This document shows, one piece after another, positions 38,885-48,852 of a stretch of DNA of 64,000 nt. The notes under the pieces are model-generated. The model did not search any database and was not told the origin of the DNA. It saw only the letters and a program-made list of their open reading frames with translations. The stretch is taken from the NCBI GenBank assembly GCA_965200315.1, contig OZ241362.1, positions 3,872,001 through 3,936,000 of the forward strand, read 5' to 3'. The DNA comes from Candidatus Latescibacterota bacterium. GTDB lineage: Bacteria > Latescibacterota > UBA2968 > UBA8231. Each line of letters opens with the position of its first letter. Positions within the stretch are counted from its first letter, which is position 1. Position numbers and translations under genes: made by a program.

Positions 38885-39694
38885 ATGAACGAAGACGAAA
38901 AGTATTTCTTCGACCTCAACGGCTACATCGTCGTGCGCAACGTCTTGTCAGCCGAGGACATCGTGCTGGCCAACGAAGCCATTGACCGTCATGCTGATCA
39001 GATCCACGAGCGCACGGGTGAGTTGTCGCTATCGGCCGGTTCCAAGGCGCTCGAAGGCGTCACCGGCCGCGGCGACCTCGGCGGCGCACTCGCATGGCCC
39101 GACCCGCATGGCCGCCCCTTCCGCGACATGCTGGTCAACCCCAAGGTCGTGCCCTATTTGCACGAGATTTTGGGCACCGGCTTCCGCCTCGACCACAACC
39201 TCGGCATCATCACCATGCGCAAAGGGGCCGAGGGCCACCTCCTGCACGGATCGTCTGGCCCCGGCTTTGACCGCCACCAGTATTACATCTTCAAAGACGG
39301 CAAAATGCACAACGGCCTGACCGTAGCCGCCTATCAGCTCGCGGACGTGCGCGAGGGCGACGGGGGCTTGTGCTTGATCCCCGGCAGCCACAAGGGCAAC
39401 TATCCCTGCCCGCTGGCGCTCCGGCGCGGCGAGGCGTACCGCGAGTTCATCAAGCAGATTACCTGCAACGCCGGCGACTGCGTCCTATTCACCGAGGCCA
39501 CCACCCACGGCACCCTGCCTTGGACCGCCGACCACGACCGCCGCACCGCCCTCTTCCGCTTCTCACCGGGCAACCTCGCCTACGTAGCTCATAACTGGCC
39601 CGAAGACATGCTCGCCCTAATGACCGACGAGCAGCGCAAGGTTCTCGAACCACCCTATCACGCACGGCTGGATCGTCCTGTCTTGGGAGTGTAG
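38885..39694 (+). CDS. PhyH-family Fe(II)/2OG enzyme with atypical H-G-S motif
   Basis: FFDLNGYIVV, LLHGS, GGLCLIPGSHK, AGDCVLFTEATTHGTLPW. Confidence 0.85.
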   Translation: MNEDEKYFFDLNGYIVVRNVLSAEDIVLANEAIDRHADQIHERTGELSLSAGSKALEGVTGRGDLGGALAWPDPHGRPFRDMLVNPKVVPYLHEILGTGFRLDHNLGIITMRKGAEGHLLHGSSGPGFDRHQYYIFKDGKMHNGLTVAAYQLADVREGDGGLCLIPGSHKGNYPCPLALRRGEAYREFIKQITCNAGDCVLFTEATTHGTLPWTADHDRRTALFRFSPGNLAYVAHNWPEDMLALMTDEQRKVLEPPYHARLDRPVLGV

Positions 39695-39772
39695 CTATGT
39701 CCTATTGACGAAGCAATCGTGCCCCTCGCTTAACCCAAACCTTCAACAAAACTCACAGCTAAGGAAGCCTTC

Positions 39773-40606
39773 ATGTCTAAACGCAAAATCGTCATCACCG
39801 GTGCCGCCGGATATGTCGCCGGCCGCATGTTGCCGGCGCTACAGGCATGCTACGAAACCGTTCTCTTAGATGTGAAAACAACCAATCGCCAAGGCGAAGA
39901 GGTCTCAGGAGTCCACATCGCCGATCTGATAGAGAAAGACCGCGATTCCTACCGCGAACACTTCCGAGGTGCCGATGCGGTAGTCCACTGCGGCTTTGTC
40001 CGAACCGGGCAGGGCCAACAGCGCTTCTGGAACGAGGCCGACAATATCACCATGGCCCACAATGTGTACCGGGTCTGCCAAGACGAGGGCGTGCGGCGGG
40101 CCGTGATCGTCAGCTCCAATCACGCAGCCGATTACTACGAAAATTTGATCTGGTCGGGACACATGGACTTCGTCGCGCCCGACATGCTGCCGTTATCGGA
40201 CAATTTCTACGGCTGGGCCAAGGCTACGTATGAGCTGCTGGGATTCATGTTCGCCTGCGGCAAGGAAGGGCCAGCCCTCGAAAATGTGCAATTGCGCATC
40301 GGCGGTCCCCGCGAGACCGACATCGACGGTTGCGGCAACGACTTAGAGAAAATGCACCGAGGCTTGGGGGCCTATCTCAGCGTACGCGACCAAGTGCAAT
40401 TGGTCACCAAGAGCATTGAGACCGAAGACATCTGCGACGCCAACGGCATCCCTTTCCAGATTTTCTACGGCATCAGCGGCAACGCGCACAACTTCTGGAG
40501 CTTGGCCAACGCTCGGCGCACAATCGGCTACGCACCCCAAGACGACAGCCAAGTGCGCTTTGCCGACAAAATCGCGGCGATTACACAGGCCGCGCAAAAA
40601 AGGTAG
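39773..40606 (+). CDS. NAD(P)-dependent epimerase/dehydrogenase (uronate dehydrogenase-like SDR)
   Basis: ITGAAGYVA, SSNHA, YGWAK, YGISGN, IGYAPQD. Confidence 0.82.
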   Translation: MSKRKIVITGAAGYVAGRMLPALQACYETVLLDVKTTNRQGEEVSGVHIADLIEKDRDSYREHFRGADAVVHCGFVRTGQGQQRFWNEADNITMAHNVYRVCQDEGVRRAVIVSSNHAADYYENLIWSGHMDFVAPDMLPLSDNFYGWAKATYELLGFMFACGKEGPALENVQLRIGGPRETDIDGCGNDLEKMHRGLGAYLSVRDQVQLVTKSIETEDICDANGIPFQIFYGISGNAHNFWSLANARRTIGYAPQDDSQVRFADKIAAITQAAQKR

Positions 40607-40607
40607 G

Positions 40608-40751
40608 ATGAGCAAGTTGGACGACGAAATTCGCGTTGATTCAGCAGAACTACTGGAACTAGTCGTCGCCGTTTTCGAGCGGTGCGGCATGTCGCAAGCA
40701 GACGCCGCTTGGTTGGCCGATTTGACAGTGATCATTGGAAAAAGTGCCTGA
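40608..40751 (+). pseudogene. Truncated N-terminus of an Ldh_2-family oxidoreductase
   Basis: MSKLDDEIRVDSAELLELVVAVFERCGMSQADAAWLAD matches Ldh_2 first helices and ends before the GxxSHG motif. Confidence 0.6.
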
Positions 40752-40788
40752 CCTAGCATTTGCATTAATATCTTTCGCGGAGGGCAAT

Positions 40789-42177
40789 ATGGCCAATAAG
40801 GTAACGATCTTTGGCGCGGGTAGCGTGGTGTTTTCGCTCGGCTTGGTCAAGGATTTGTGTCTGACCAAGGCACTCAACGGCAGCCACGTTTGTTTTATGG
40901 ATATCAACGAGGAAGTGCTCGATGTCATTTATGCGCTCGGGCGGCGCTATGCCGAGGACTTGGGCGCGGATATGACGTTTGAGAAAACCACGAATCGGGA
41001 AACTGCGTTAAAAGACGCCAGTTTTGTAATCAATACGGCAACAATAACGCACAATGAGTACTTCATGCAGCGCCGGCGCAACACGACGGCCAAGCTCGGC
41101 TATTTTTACGACAGAACCGGCCTGCCCGAATATCACAATTTGCAACTGATGCTAAATGTGGCAAAGGACATGGAGAAGTTGTGTCCCGATGCGTGGATTT
41201 TGTTGGCGGGCAATCCGGTCTTTGACGGGGCGACATTGATGACGCGGGAGACGGGAATTAAAGTGTGCGGTTTGTGTCACGGGCATTACGGCTATGCGGG
41301 CGTGGCGCACACATTGGGGCTAGACCCCAATAAGGTAACATGGCAGGCACCAGGGTTGAACCACAACATCTGGTTGACGGATTTCATCTATGAAAACGAA
41401 GACATGTATCCTAAGCTAGATCAATGGATTGCCAAAGAAAGCGAGACGTATTGGGAGCAGATGACCCGAGAAGGCCGAGCGATTCCCACGCAAATGTCGT
41501 GCGCGGCGATCCATCAATACAAGATGTATGGCCTGATGCCCATTGGCGATACGCCTCGGCGGGGCGGCTGGTGGTATCACACGGATTTGGCGACGCGGAA
41601 ATACTGGTATGATCCCAATGGCGGCAAAGACACGCCGGCCGGGCGCGATGCGGTGCTGGCCGGCAAGGCAAAAAAATACGAGCAGATGAAGGCCGCGGCC
41701 TACGACGAGAACATTCGGCCCGTTGATCTGTTTGGCGATCAGATGACACACGAGCAGCACATTCCCATTATGAATGGACTAGTCAACAACGTGGAAGGTC
41801 AGTTTCAGGTCAATGTGCCCAACTGCGGCGCGCTGCCGGGCATTCCCGACGACGTGGCGGTGGAAGTCCCCGCGATTGTCAATAAGAAAGGCATTCAGCC
41901 TTTGCGGGTGCCGCCATTGCCAAAGAAAATCATGCTGGAGTGCATCTATCCCGATTGGCTTGAGATGGAACGCACCCTCGAAGCGGTCTTGTCGGGCGAT
42001 AAATCGATGATGCTATTTGGCGTGCTCGAAAGCAAAGAGACGAAATCGTACGAGCACGGGTTGGAGACGCTGGACGCGCTGTTTAATATTGAACCCAATG
42101 AACCGATGAAATACGTGGAAGATATCAACGCGCATTTTTCTTGGCCGAAAAACTGGTCACAAAGCAAGGTTGAATAG
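40789..42177 (+). CDS. Glycoside hydrolase family 4 (NAD+-dependent alpha-glycosidase)
   Basis: IFGAGSVVF, CFMDI, CPDAWIL.AGNP, GLCHG, GLNHNIW, VNVPNCG..DDVAVEVPA. Confidence 0.92.
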   Translation: MANKVTIFGAGSVVFSLGLVKDLCLTKALNGSHVCFMDINEEVLDVIYALGRRYAEDLGADMTFEKTTNRETALKDASFVINTATITHNEYFMQRRRNTTAKLGYFYDRTGLPEYHNLQLMLNVAKDMEKLCPDAWILLAGNPVFDGATLMTRETGIKVCGLCHGHYGYAGVAHTLGLDPNKVTWQAPGLNHNIWLTDFIYENEDMYPKLDQWIAKESETYWEQMTREGRAIPTQMSCAAIHQYKMYGLMPIGDTPRRGGWWYHTDLATRKYWYDPNGGKDTPAGRDAVLAGKAKKYEQMKAAAYDENIRPVDLFGDQMTHEQHIPIMNGLVNNVEGQFQVNVPNCGALPGIPDDVAVEVPAIVNKKGIQPLRVPPLPKKIMLECIYPDWLEMERTLEAVLSGDKSMMLFGVLESKETKSYEHGLETLDALFNIEPNEPMKYVEDINAHFSWPKNWSQSKVE

Positions 42178-42179
42178 CG

Positions 42180-43190
42180 ATGGGAGACACAGGTGGCACA
42201 GTGGCAGTGACCGGCGCTGCGGGCTTCCTCGGCAGCCATATATGCCGCGCCTTGTTGCACTGCGGATATGTCGTGTGCGCTGTTACGCGCGAGGGCAGCA
42301 ATCGCAAACTTCCCACTGACCTGAGCGAACAGGTAGAATGGCGGCCGGCCGATGTCCGCGATCCTGAGTCGTTAGATCAAGCATTCCAAAATGCGCACAT
42401 CGTCGTCCACAGTGCCGAGATTGTGACAATTGACGCTGATCCCAAAGGGTTGGCCGACGAGATCAACCTGACGGGCACCCGCAATGTGATTCAAGCATGT
42501 ATTGGCAGCGGCGTCCGCCGACTGGTACACATCAGTTCCATACACGCATTCAGCCCACTGCGCGGAACGACGCTAAGTGTCAGTTCAAAACTGGGTCAGA
42601 ACTCCAAGATCCCCTACACGGCCACCAAAGCCGAAGCGCATATAAGCGTACTCGACGCGGCGAGAAGCGGTTGGCTCAATGCATCTATCGTCTGTCCTTC
42701 AAATCTCATAGGTCCCGGCAACAACGAGCCGACCCGCGTAGGCAGCATGTTGCTCGCCATGGCTCGTAGGCAAATCCCGTGTCTCATCAACGGGGAATTT
42801 TGGTGGAGCGACGTGCGCGACACGGCGAATGCCATAGCCAACGCGGTAGAAGCGAGGGGATACGGCGGCGAGGTTTATTTCACTGCGGGGCAATACACAA
42901 AGACCAGACAACTGGCACGTCTATGTTCCCAAGTTCTGGGGCGTAAAGTAACGCGTCCCGTCGTACCCTATTTTATGGCTCGGGCAGCCTTGCCTCTGAT
43001 TAGATCACGTGCTGCGAAGCATAGCCTATCGTCTCTTTACTCCCGCAATTCGCTCAAACTCTTGCGCGACTGTCCGGCGTCCGTTGATGAATCCTTAGCG
43101 ATAAGTCAATTGGGATACGAGTCTCGGCCACTTGAAGAGTCGATTCGCGACGCCCTCAATTGGTTCGCAGAGCAGGGAATGCGTGTGTAA
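42180..43190 (+). CDS. NAD-dependent epimerase/dehydratase (dihydroflavonol-reductase-like)
   Basis: VTGAAGFLG, NLTGTRNV, HISS, YTATK. Confidence 0.85.
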   Translation: MGDTGGTVAVTGAAGFLGSHICRALLHCGYVVCAVTREGSNRKLPTDLSEQVEWRPADVRDPESLDQAFQNAHIVVHSAEIVTIDADPKGLADEINLTGTRNVIQACIGSGVRRLVHISSIHAFSPLRGTTLSVSSKLGQNSKIPYTATKAEAHISVLDAARSGWLNASIVCPSNLIGPGNNEPTRVGSMLLAMARRQIPCLINGEFWWSDVRDTANAIANAVEARGYGGEVYFTAGQYTKTRQLARLCSQVLGRKVTRPVVPYFMARAALPLIRSRAAKHSLSSLYSRNSLKLLRDCPASVDESLAISQLGYESRPLEESIRDALNWFAEQGMRV

Positions 43191-43211
43191 CCTTTGCGTT
43201 TCACGGCTCGT

Positions 43212-45032
43212 TTAGCGCTCAATAATGGGTAAAACCACCTGCGACGGGTGTTCGGGATCGTGATAAATCGCCTGCTCGGCAATCTCAAACCGCCGCTCAA
43301 TGCCCAAATTGCCGCCCGTGTTCGGATTCACGTCAAAGCGCGGCCAGTTGCTACTGGAAATGTCTAAGCGAATCCGATGTCCCTTCTTGAAGACATTAGA
43401 CGTTGGATATAGCTGAAAGACAAACTCGTACACCTTCCCCGGTTCCAACAACTCTGGCGCATCCCAACTGTTCCGGTAGCGGGCGCGGATGATGGAATCT
43501 GTCAGGTTGATCGCAAGCCCATCGGGATAGTCATCGCTCAACGGACAAACGTCGATCAGCTTAGCTGTAAAGTCCGTATCGCGGGCCGATGACGAGGCAT
43601 GCAGTTTAACCACAATGGGCCCCGTGACTTCCACATCCTTCTCTAACGGATCGGTCTGAAAAGTCAGCACATCGCTGCGGGCGTTGAGGGGGAGGGTGTC
43701 TTTGCAGCCAAAGAACTTGGCGTCCCCGCGCTGGTCAAACGCGCCAGCACTCATGATGGGGTCCGCCGCAGAGATGCCGCCACCGATGGTTGGAACGGGA
43801 TCGCGCGGATCAAAGCTAAAGCGGCTTGGTGCATGGCCAGCGGTAGGTAGCGCGGTGGATAGCTCGCCGTCGGCGTGCAGATAGTACGGCGCGAACTGGG
43901 TGTCGGGCAGGGGAAAGTCCTGCTCGTCGCGCCAATAGCCGCCGTGATGGAGGCGTCCCTGATAGTTGGCTGTTCCCTCGCCCGTGCCCATTGCGAAAAT
44001 TTTGACCGGCGACCAGTCGGCAACTTCTGTGTGCAGCCCCTTGAGGAAGTGGTCAAACCACGCCAGCCGCAGGTCGTTGTAATTAATAAAGGAGTGATTG
44101 CCGAAATCGACGTCGCCGGCATTAGATACACTCCAGCCGCCGTGCGTCCACGGCCCCATCAACAGCACCTGCCGCGACTTTTTCATTTTGCTCAATGCGG
44201 TAAAATTTTCGCAGGTCGCCCGCGCATACGAGTCATACCACCCGCCTAGATAGAGCGTCGGCACATCGGCGTGCTCTTCGTAATACTGGGAGATGGCATA
44301 CCCGCGTTGCTTCCAGTAATCGTCGTATTCCCCGTGCGTAAACAGATCGAGCACCCATTGTTCGTAATTAGGTAGCATCCGCAGTGGCGAGGTGCCTTTC
44401 TTGAGCGGAGCGGACAATACCCATTCGCCCACATTGGCAAACGCTTTGTCAACTGCGGCTTTGAGGTTGATGTTGGCAAGCGCTTCCTTGCTGGTGGTCG
44501 CCATGCGTAAGGCATAGATCATGAACCGTTGTTCGAGCGCACCGTTTTGCCGCATCGAACAGTGATAGTAATTCGACGCGCCAACAGCGACGATCATCGT
44601 CGTCAGGTGTGGCGGGTTGAGCGTTGCCAGCGCCGACTGGTCACTGCCACAATACGAGCCGCCCATCGTGCCAACCTTCCCATCACTCCACTCTTGTGCG
44701 CCGAGCCATTCCACCGTGTCGTAGCCATCGGGAGCTTCTTTGGCGAAGGGATACCACTCGCCTTCGCTGGCAAAGCGGCCGCGCACATCCTGAATCGCGC
44801 AGACGTAGCCGCGCCGAGCGAAGTACGCACCGTTCGTCACATTGCCCGCTGCCGCCTTATCGTAGGGGGTACGCTCCAAAATTACCGGGAATTTTCCCGC
44901 CGCCGGTTGACCTCTCAGCGCAGGAAAGTAAATGTCAGTGGCCAAGCAGACGCCATCCCGCGTCGGAATCATCACGTTGGATTGGCAGAGCGCGTCGTAC
45001 TGCTGATGAGAACCTCGATATGATTCGGTCAT
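43212..45032 (-). CDS. CocE/NonD family serine hydrolase
   Basis: RDGVCLATD, RTPY, QDVRGRFASEG, GGSYCG, GGWYD, MGPWTH, ISSSNWPRFDVNPNTG. Confidence 0.93.
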   Translation of the reverse strand: MTESYRGSHQQYDALCQSNVMIPTRDGVCLATDIYFPALRGQPAAGKFPVILERTPYDKAAAGNVTNGAYFARRGYVCAIQDVRGRFASEGEWYPFAKEAPDGYDTVEWLGAQEWSDGKVGTMGGSYCGSDQSALATLNPPHLTTMIVAVGASNYYHCSMRQNGALEQRFMIYALRMATTSKEALANINLKAAVDKAFANVGEWVLSAPLKKGTSPLRMLPNYEQWVLDLFTHGEYDDYWKQRGYAISQYYEEHADVPTLYLGGWYDSYARATCENFTALSKMKKSRQVLLMGPWTHGGWSVSNAGDVDFGNHSFINYNDLRLAWFDHFLKGLHTEVADWSPVKIFAMGTGEGTANYQGRLHHGGYWRDEQDFPLPDTQFAPYYLHADGELSTALPTAGHAPSRFSFDPRDPVPTIGGGISAADPIMSAGAFDQRGDAKFFGCKDTLPLNARSDVLTFQTDPLEKDVEVTGPIVVKLHASSSARDTDFTAKLIDVCPLSDDYPDGLAINLTDSIIRARYRNSWDAPELLEPGKVYEFVFQLYPTSNVFKKGHRIRLDISSSNWPRFDVNPNTGGNLGIERRFEIAEQAIYHDPEHPSQVVLPIIER

Positions 45033-45072
45033 GAATTTTCCTCTTAAAGCACTTTGGGCTTCAGGCAACTGC

Positions 45073-46485
45073 TCAATCCGGTAGCGGCTCTTCCCCCGCG
45101 TAGGGCTGGTCGCCCACTTTTTCCTGTAGGCGGCGCAATTCCCCGCGCAATTGGCGCACTACATCGGCGTAGGCCGGGTCGCGGTACACGTTGACCAACT
45201 CGCACGGGTCTTTTGCCAGATCGAACAACTCCCACTCCGGCTCTTTGGGCTCGTCTATGGCCCCAGGCTGGTCTAAGGAGTCGGCATAGTAGTAGATGAG
45301 CTTGTAGCGCAAAGTGCGGACTCCGTAGTGGGCGTACACGTGGTGGTGCGCCAAGTGCATCCAGTAGCGGTAGTACATCGCCGTCTGCCAGTCGTCCGGG
45401 GTTCGTCCCTCCAGCACGGGGCGCATGGAGCGTCTTTGGAAGGAATCGGGCATATCGACGCCGGCGTAGTCGAGGAACGTGGGGGCAAAGTCGACGTTGA
45501 GAATCATGTCGGCGCTGACGCTGCTGGCGGCAATGGCGCGCGGATAGCGAATGAGGAAGGGCATGCGCAGCGATTCCTCGTACATGAAGCGCTTGTCGTA
45601 CCAGCCGTGATCGCCGAGAAAAAAGCCCTGATCCGAGGTATAGACGACCATGGTGTCGTCGGCAATGCCCTCGGCGTCGAGATAGTCGAGCACACGACCA
45701 ACGTTGTCATCGACTGCGGCGACGCAGCGCAGATAGTCCTTTATGTAGCGCTGGTACTTCCACTTTTTCTCCTCTTCCGGCGTCAGCCCTTCGGGTACGG
45801 GCCGCTTGAGATCGGTGGCATTGAGGTCGCGGTCAACTCGCATTTTGGCGGCTCCGGCGGCTGCCGCTCGATTCTGGTAGTCGTCGTCAAAGGTCTCTGG
45901 CTCGGGGATATCTTCGTCTTCGTACAGATGGGCGTGTTTTTCGTCCGGCTCCCAAGGGCGGTGCGGAGCCTTGTGGTGATACATCAGGCAAAAGGGCCGC
46001 TCCTTGTCGCGCGCCTCGAGCCAGTCGAGCGACAGGTCGGTGATAATATCGGTCGTGTAGCCCTCGTATTGGACCTTGTCGCCGTTGTACACCATTTCCG
46101 GGTCGAAGTAAGGGCCTTGGCCTTGGAGGATGTTGTAGTAGTCAAAGCCGGTAGGCCAGTGAGCTGGCCCTTGGCCTAGATGCCATTTGCCGACGATGGC
46201 GGTCTGGTAGCCAACGCCCTGCAAGAGCTTGGCGAAGTTGAGCTGGCGATTGTCGTGGCGCGAGTCCAAGGTGGTCATGCCGTTGGCGTGATTGTACGTG
46301 CCGGTGAGGATCGTGGCGCGGGAAGGGCCGCAAATGGAATTGGTGCAAAAGCAGTTGTTAAAGCGCATGCCGCCCTCGGCAATGCGGTCGAGGTTGGGCG
46401 TGGTGTTGATGCGGCTGCCGTAGCAACTCATGGCGTGGGCCGCGTGATCGTCGGTCATAATAAAGAGGATATTGGGACGAGACAT
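45073..46485 (-). CDS. Formylglycine-dependent (S1) sulfatase
   Basis: PNILFIMTDDH, CGPSRATILTG (CxPxR), GKWHLG, HKAPH, SDQGFFLGDHG. Confidence 0.95.
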   Translation of the reverse strand: MSRPNILFIMTDDHAAHAMSCYGSRINTTPNLDRIAEGGMRFNNCFCTNSICGPSRATILTGTYNHANGMTTLDSRHDNRQLNFAKLLQGVGYQTAIVGKWHLGQGPAHWPTGFDYYNILQGQGPYFDPEMVYNGDKVQYEGYTTDIITDLSLDWLEARDKERPFCLMYHHKAPHRPWEPDEKHAHLYEDEDIPEPETFDDDYQNRAAAAGAAKMRVDRDLNATDLKRPVPEGLTPEEEKKWKYQRYIKDYLRCVAAVDDNVGRVLDYLDAEGIADDTMVVYTSDQGFFLGDHGWYDKRFMYEESLRMPFLIRYPRAIAASSVSADMILNVDFAPTFLDYAGVDMPDSFQRRSMRPVLEGRTPDDWQTAMYYRYWMHLAHHHVYAHYGVRTLRYKLIYYYADSLDQPGAIDEPKEPEWELFDLAKDPCELVNVYRDPAYADVVRQLRGELRRLQEKVGDQPYAGEEPLPD

Positions 46486-46504
46486 AGAACTCCTTGCTCA
46501 AGGG

Positions 46505-48841
46505 TTAGTAAATGACAGCGACGGGACGCATAGCCACGCTCTCACCGGCGGCGGCACCGAGATCAATGTGGCAGAGGTACAGCCCCGGAGGCACCAGCGC
46601 CCCTTGGGCATCGCGCCCAGACCACGTATAGGAGCCGATATCCTCGCCGGCGACCAACTCGACCACCAAGCGGCCCGCCAAGTCGAATACCCGCACCCGC
46701 GGCGTCGCTGTCTCTACCTTGAAGACCACGAAGCGGATATGCACTTGATCGTTGACCCCGTCGCCATTGGGCGTAAGGGTGGCCGGAGCCAGTTCTAGAT
46801 CGCCGATGAGTTGGTCGCTGCCGGTCAGAGCCGGCAGAAGCACCACATTGGCGCGCCGAGCAGCGGCCTCCACGGACTGCCACAGGCCCGGCCGGTCTCC
46901 ATGACCAAGCTCCGCACTGAAGACCGTGGCATTACGCCACAGACGCGCAGTGAAATGAACCTCTAGCGAATCGCCGCCAACGCGCTGACCCAAGTCCACG
47001 AATAAGGAATCGCCCCGCTGCGCGACCTCCTCCACGGCGATAGGCTCGCCGGCAAGGATTATTTCCACCGCTCCAGCCCCCAGCCAGCCGCCGGGAGCGA
47101 CGAGCCGCAGCCGGTCAAAGCCGCTGTCGTCTTCGGCAACCGTCGGCCACAGCTTATAAGTAAAGCGCGTGTCCTCGTTGGGCTGAGCCTCGCGCGGCCA
47201 GACCTGTCCCTTGACCTCGGTCACCAAGGCGTCCTCAAACTCGATCGACAGCGAGCGCAACACGGGCGCAACCCGCGGGTCTTCGGTCGAGAGCAGGGCC
47301 TCTAGCTGGATGAAGCGGCGCGGGCTATCCGACTGGAAGGCTTCGCCCGAGTGCTGATAGACATTGCTCCACGCGCCCCAATCTTCGCCTACGACCAGCG
47401 CGGTATCCACCCGGCCGCGCAGCACCTTGGGCGAGCTGAGCCACTTTTCTTCGGTTACTACTTCGCCGATCTTGTTGTGATATGTGTACTCCTCGCTGAG
47501 CCTTACGCCCGAGCGGGAGCGCAATTGCATCCGCGTTCCCACTGGCAAATCCGCATCCCACGACAAGTGCTTGATGGCCTTGGCCCGGCCATCGCCAACG
47601 ATCTCGCCCAAGTCGATAAAGCCCGAGCGCAGCACCACTTGCGCCGGGTAACCGGGCGAAAACAGCATCAGTTCGGCCGCACGTGCGTGCCACTCATGCG
47701 AAGTCAGGAAGCCGTGCCAGAACAGATAGCGCACTTTGCGCGGCTTGAACAGGTAGCGATAGTGCCGCTCAGGACCGGCGAAGGGATTTTGCTCGTTGCC
47801 GTGGCCCACCAAGCGATCGTAGTCGACCTCGCCCGAGGTAGTGCGCCGACCGTCCGAGACCAAGAAGGCGAATCCCGTGCCTCCGTTGCGCACCGAAGAG
47901 CCGGAAGCGCCCTCGCCCTGATTGTTGAAATAGAGGAATATCTCGTCAATCCAGAACTGGGCCCCTAGATCCAGTTCCCACCACAGCCCTTCGTTGCGCC
48001 AGCCAGAGGTGGCTCGATAGGTAGTGAACTTGTTGGCATAGGTATTCATGTCGCCGTCGACCAAACCCACCACGTCGCGGACGACTAGGCCGGTTTTAAA
48101 GGACCCACCGCGCTCTAGGACGCCGAGGCTGAAATTGTCACCGACAGCACTCACCTCAACCTCGGCGAGAGCCGCGTCTGCGCTCTGCTCATCAGCACCA
48201 ATGCGAATGTATTGGATAACCCGGAAACGCGCCGCGTCCTCAAACACCACATCTAGGCCGGGGTCTAGGACCCGCGTGATGTCGTTGCGCCCGCTCAGCC
48301 CGATGCGGATCTCGGTCTCTTCGTTGGGCAAGGTCGTCTGATACACCGATTCAAAGCGGAAGACATCCTTGCGGGGATCAATCGTCGCTCCAGTGGCCAC
48401 ATAAACCGTAAACTGCCGCAAGGGACGCGCGCCCTCTTGGTCGGGAAAGCGCAAGCGCAATTCTTGAGCCAACACCGCTCGGCCGAGATCAATCTCGACT
48501 TCCCATTTGGCCAGCGGATCGGCCGGGTCGGGCTGCCAGAAGGTGTTGTAATCACCGTCGATGATATTGGCGGCGTCGCTTGAGTTGGACCCAGCCCGGA
48601 AGATGCCGCCCGGCACGGCTTTCTGCTCCATTGTATCGTGGAAAAACCGGCTCGCATTGCGCACGGGGTCAATGTCTTTGCGGAACTTGGCCAGATCTAG
48701 ATGCCCGGACGGCCTGAGCTGCACCAGCCCTTGCGGCAGTTGCCAAGTCTGCCACTTCTCGGCGCTGTCAAAGGTAAACACCTCGGCCGCGAGGGGGTGG
48801 GCGAACAGGCTTAGAGCGGCACACCAGAAAAAGATCGCCAT
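46505..48841 (-). CDS. Secreted protein with C-terminal FlgD-Ig/CTD-like domain (paralog)
   Basis: Signal peptide from MAIFFW; EIDLGR, GYPAQV, SPRRFIQ, TPNGDGVND...VFDLAGR...PPGLYLC...VIY. Confidence 0.8.
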   Translation of the reverse strand: MAIFFWCAALSLFAHPLAAEVFTFDSAEKWQTWQLPQGLVQLRPSGHLDLAKFRKDIDPVRNASRFFHDTMEQKAVPGGIFRAGSNSSDAANIIDGDYNTFWQPDPADPLAKWEVEIDLGRAVLAQELRLRFPDQEGARPLRQFTVYVATGATIDPRKDVFRFESVYQTTLPNEETEIRIGLSGRNDITRVLDPGLDVVFEDAARFRVIQYIRIGADEQSADAALAEVEVSAVGDNFSLGVLERGGSFKTGLVVRDVVGLVDGDMNTYANKFTTYRATSGWRNEGLWWELDLGAQFWIDEIFLYFNNQGEGASGSSVRNGGTGFAFLVSDGRRTTSGEVDYDRLVGHGNEQNPFAGPERHYRYLFKPRKVRYLFWHGFLTSHEWHARAAELMLFSPGYPAQVVLRSGFIDLGEIVGDGRAKAIKHLSWDADLPVGTRMQLRSRSGVRLSEEYTYHNKIGEVVTEEKWLSSPKVLRGRVDTALVVGEDWGAWSNVYQHSGEAFQSDSPRRFIQLEALLSTEDPRVAPVLRSLSIEFEDALVTEVKGQVWPREAQPNEDTRFTYKLWPTVAEDDSGFDRLRLVAPGGWLGAGAVEIILAGEPIAVEEVAQRGDSLFVDLGQRVGGDSLEVHFTARLWRNATVFSAELGHGDRPGLWQSVEAAARRANVVLLPALTGSDQLIGDLELAPATLTPNGDGVNDQVHIRFVVFKVETATPRVRVFDLAGRLVVELVAGEDIGSYTWSGRDAQGALVPPGLYLCHIDLGAAAGESVAMRPVAVIY

Positions 48842-48852
48842 GCGTTGCTTCC

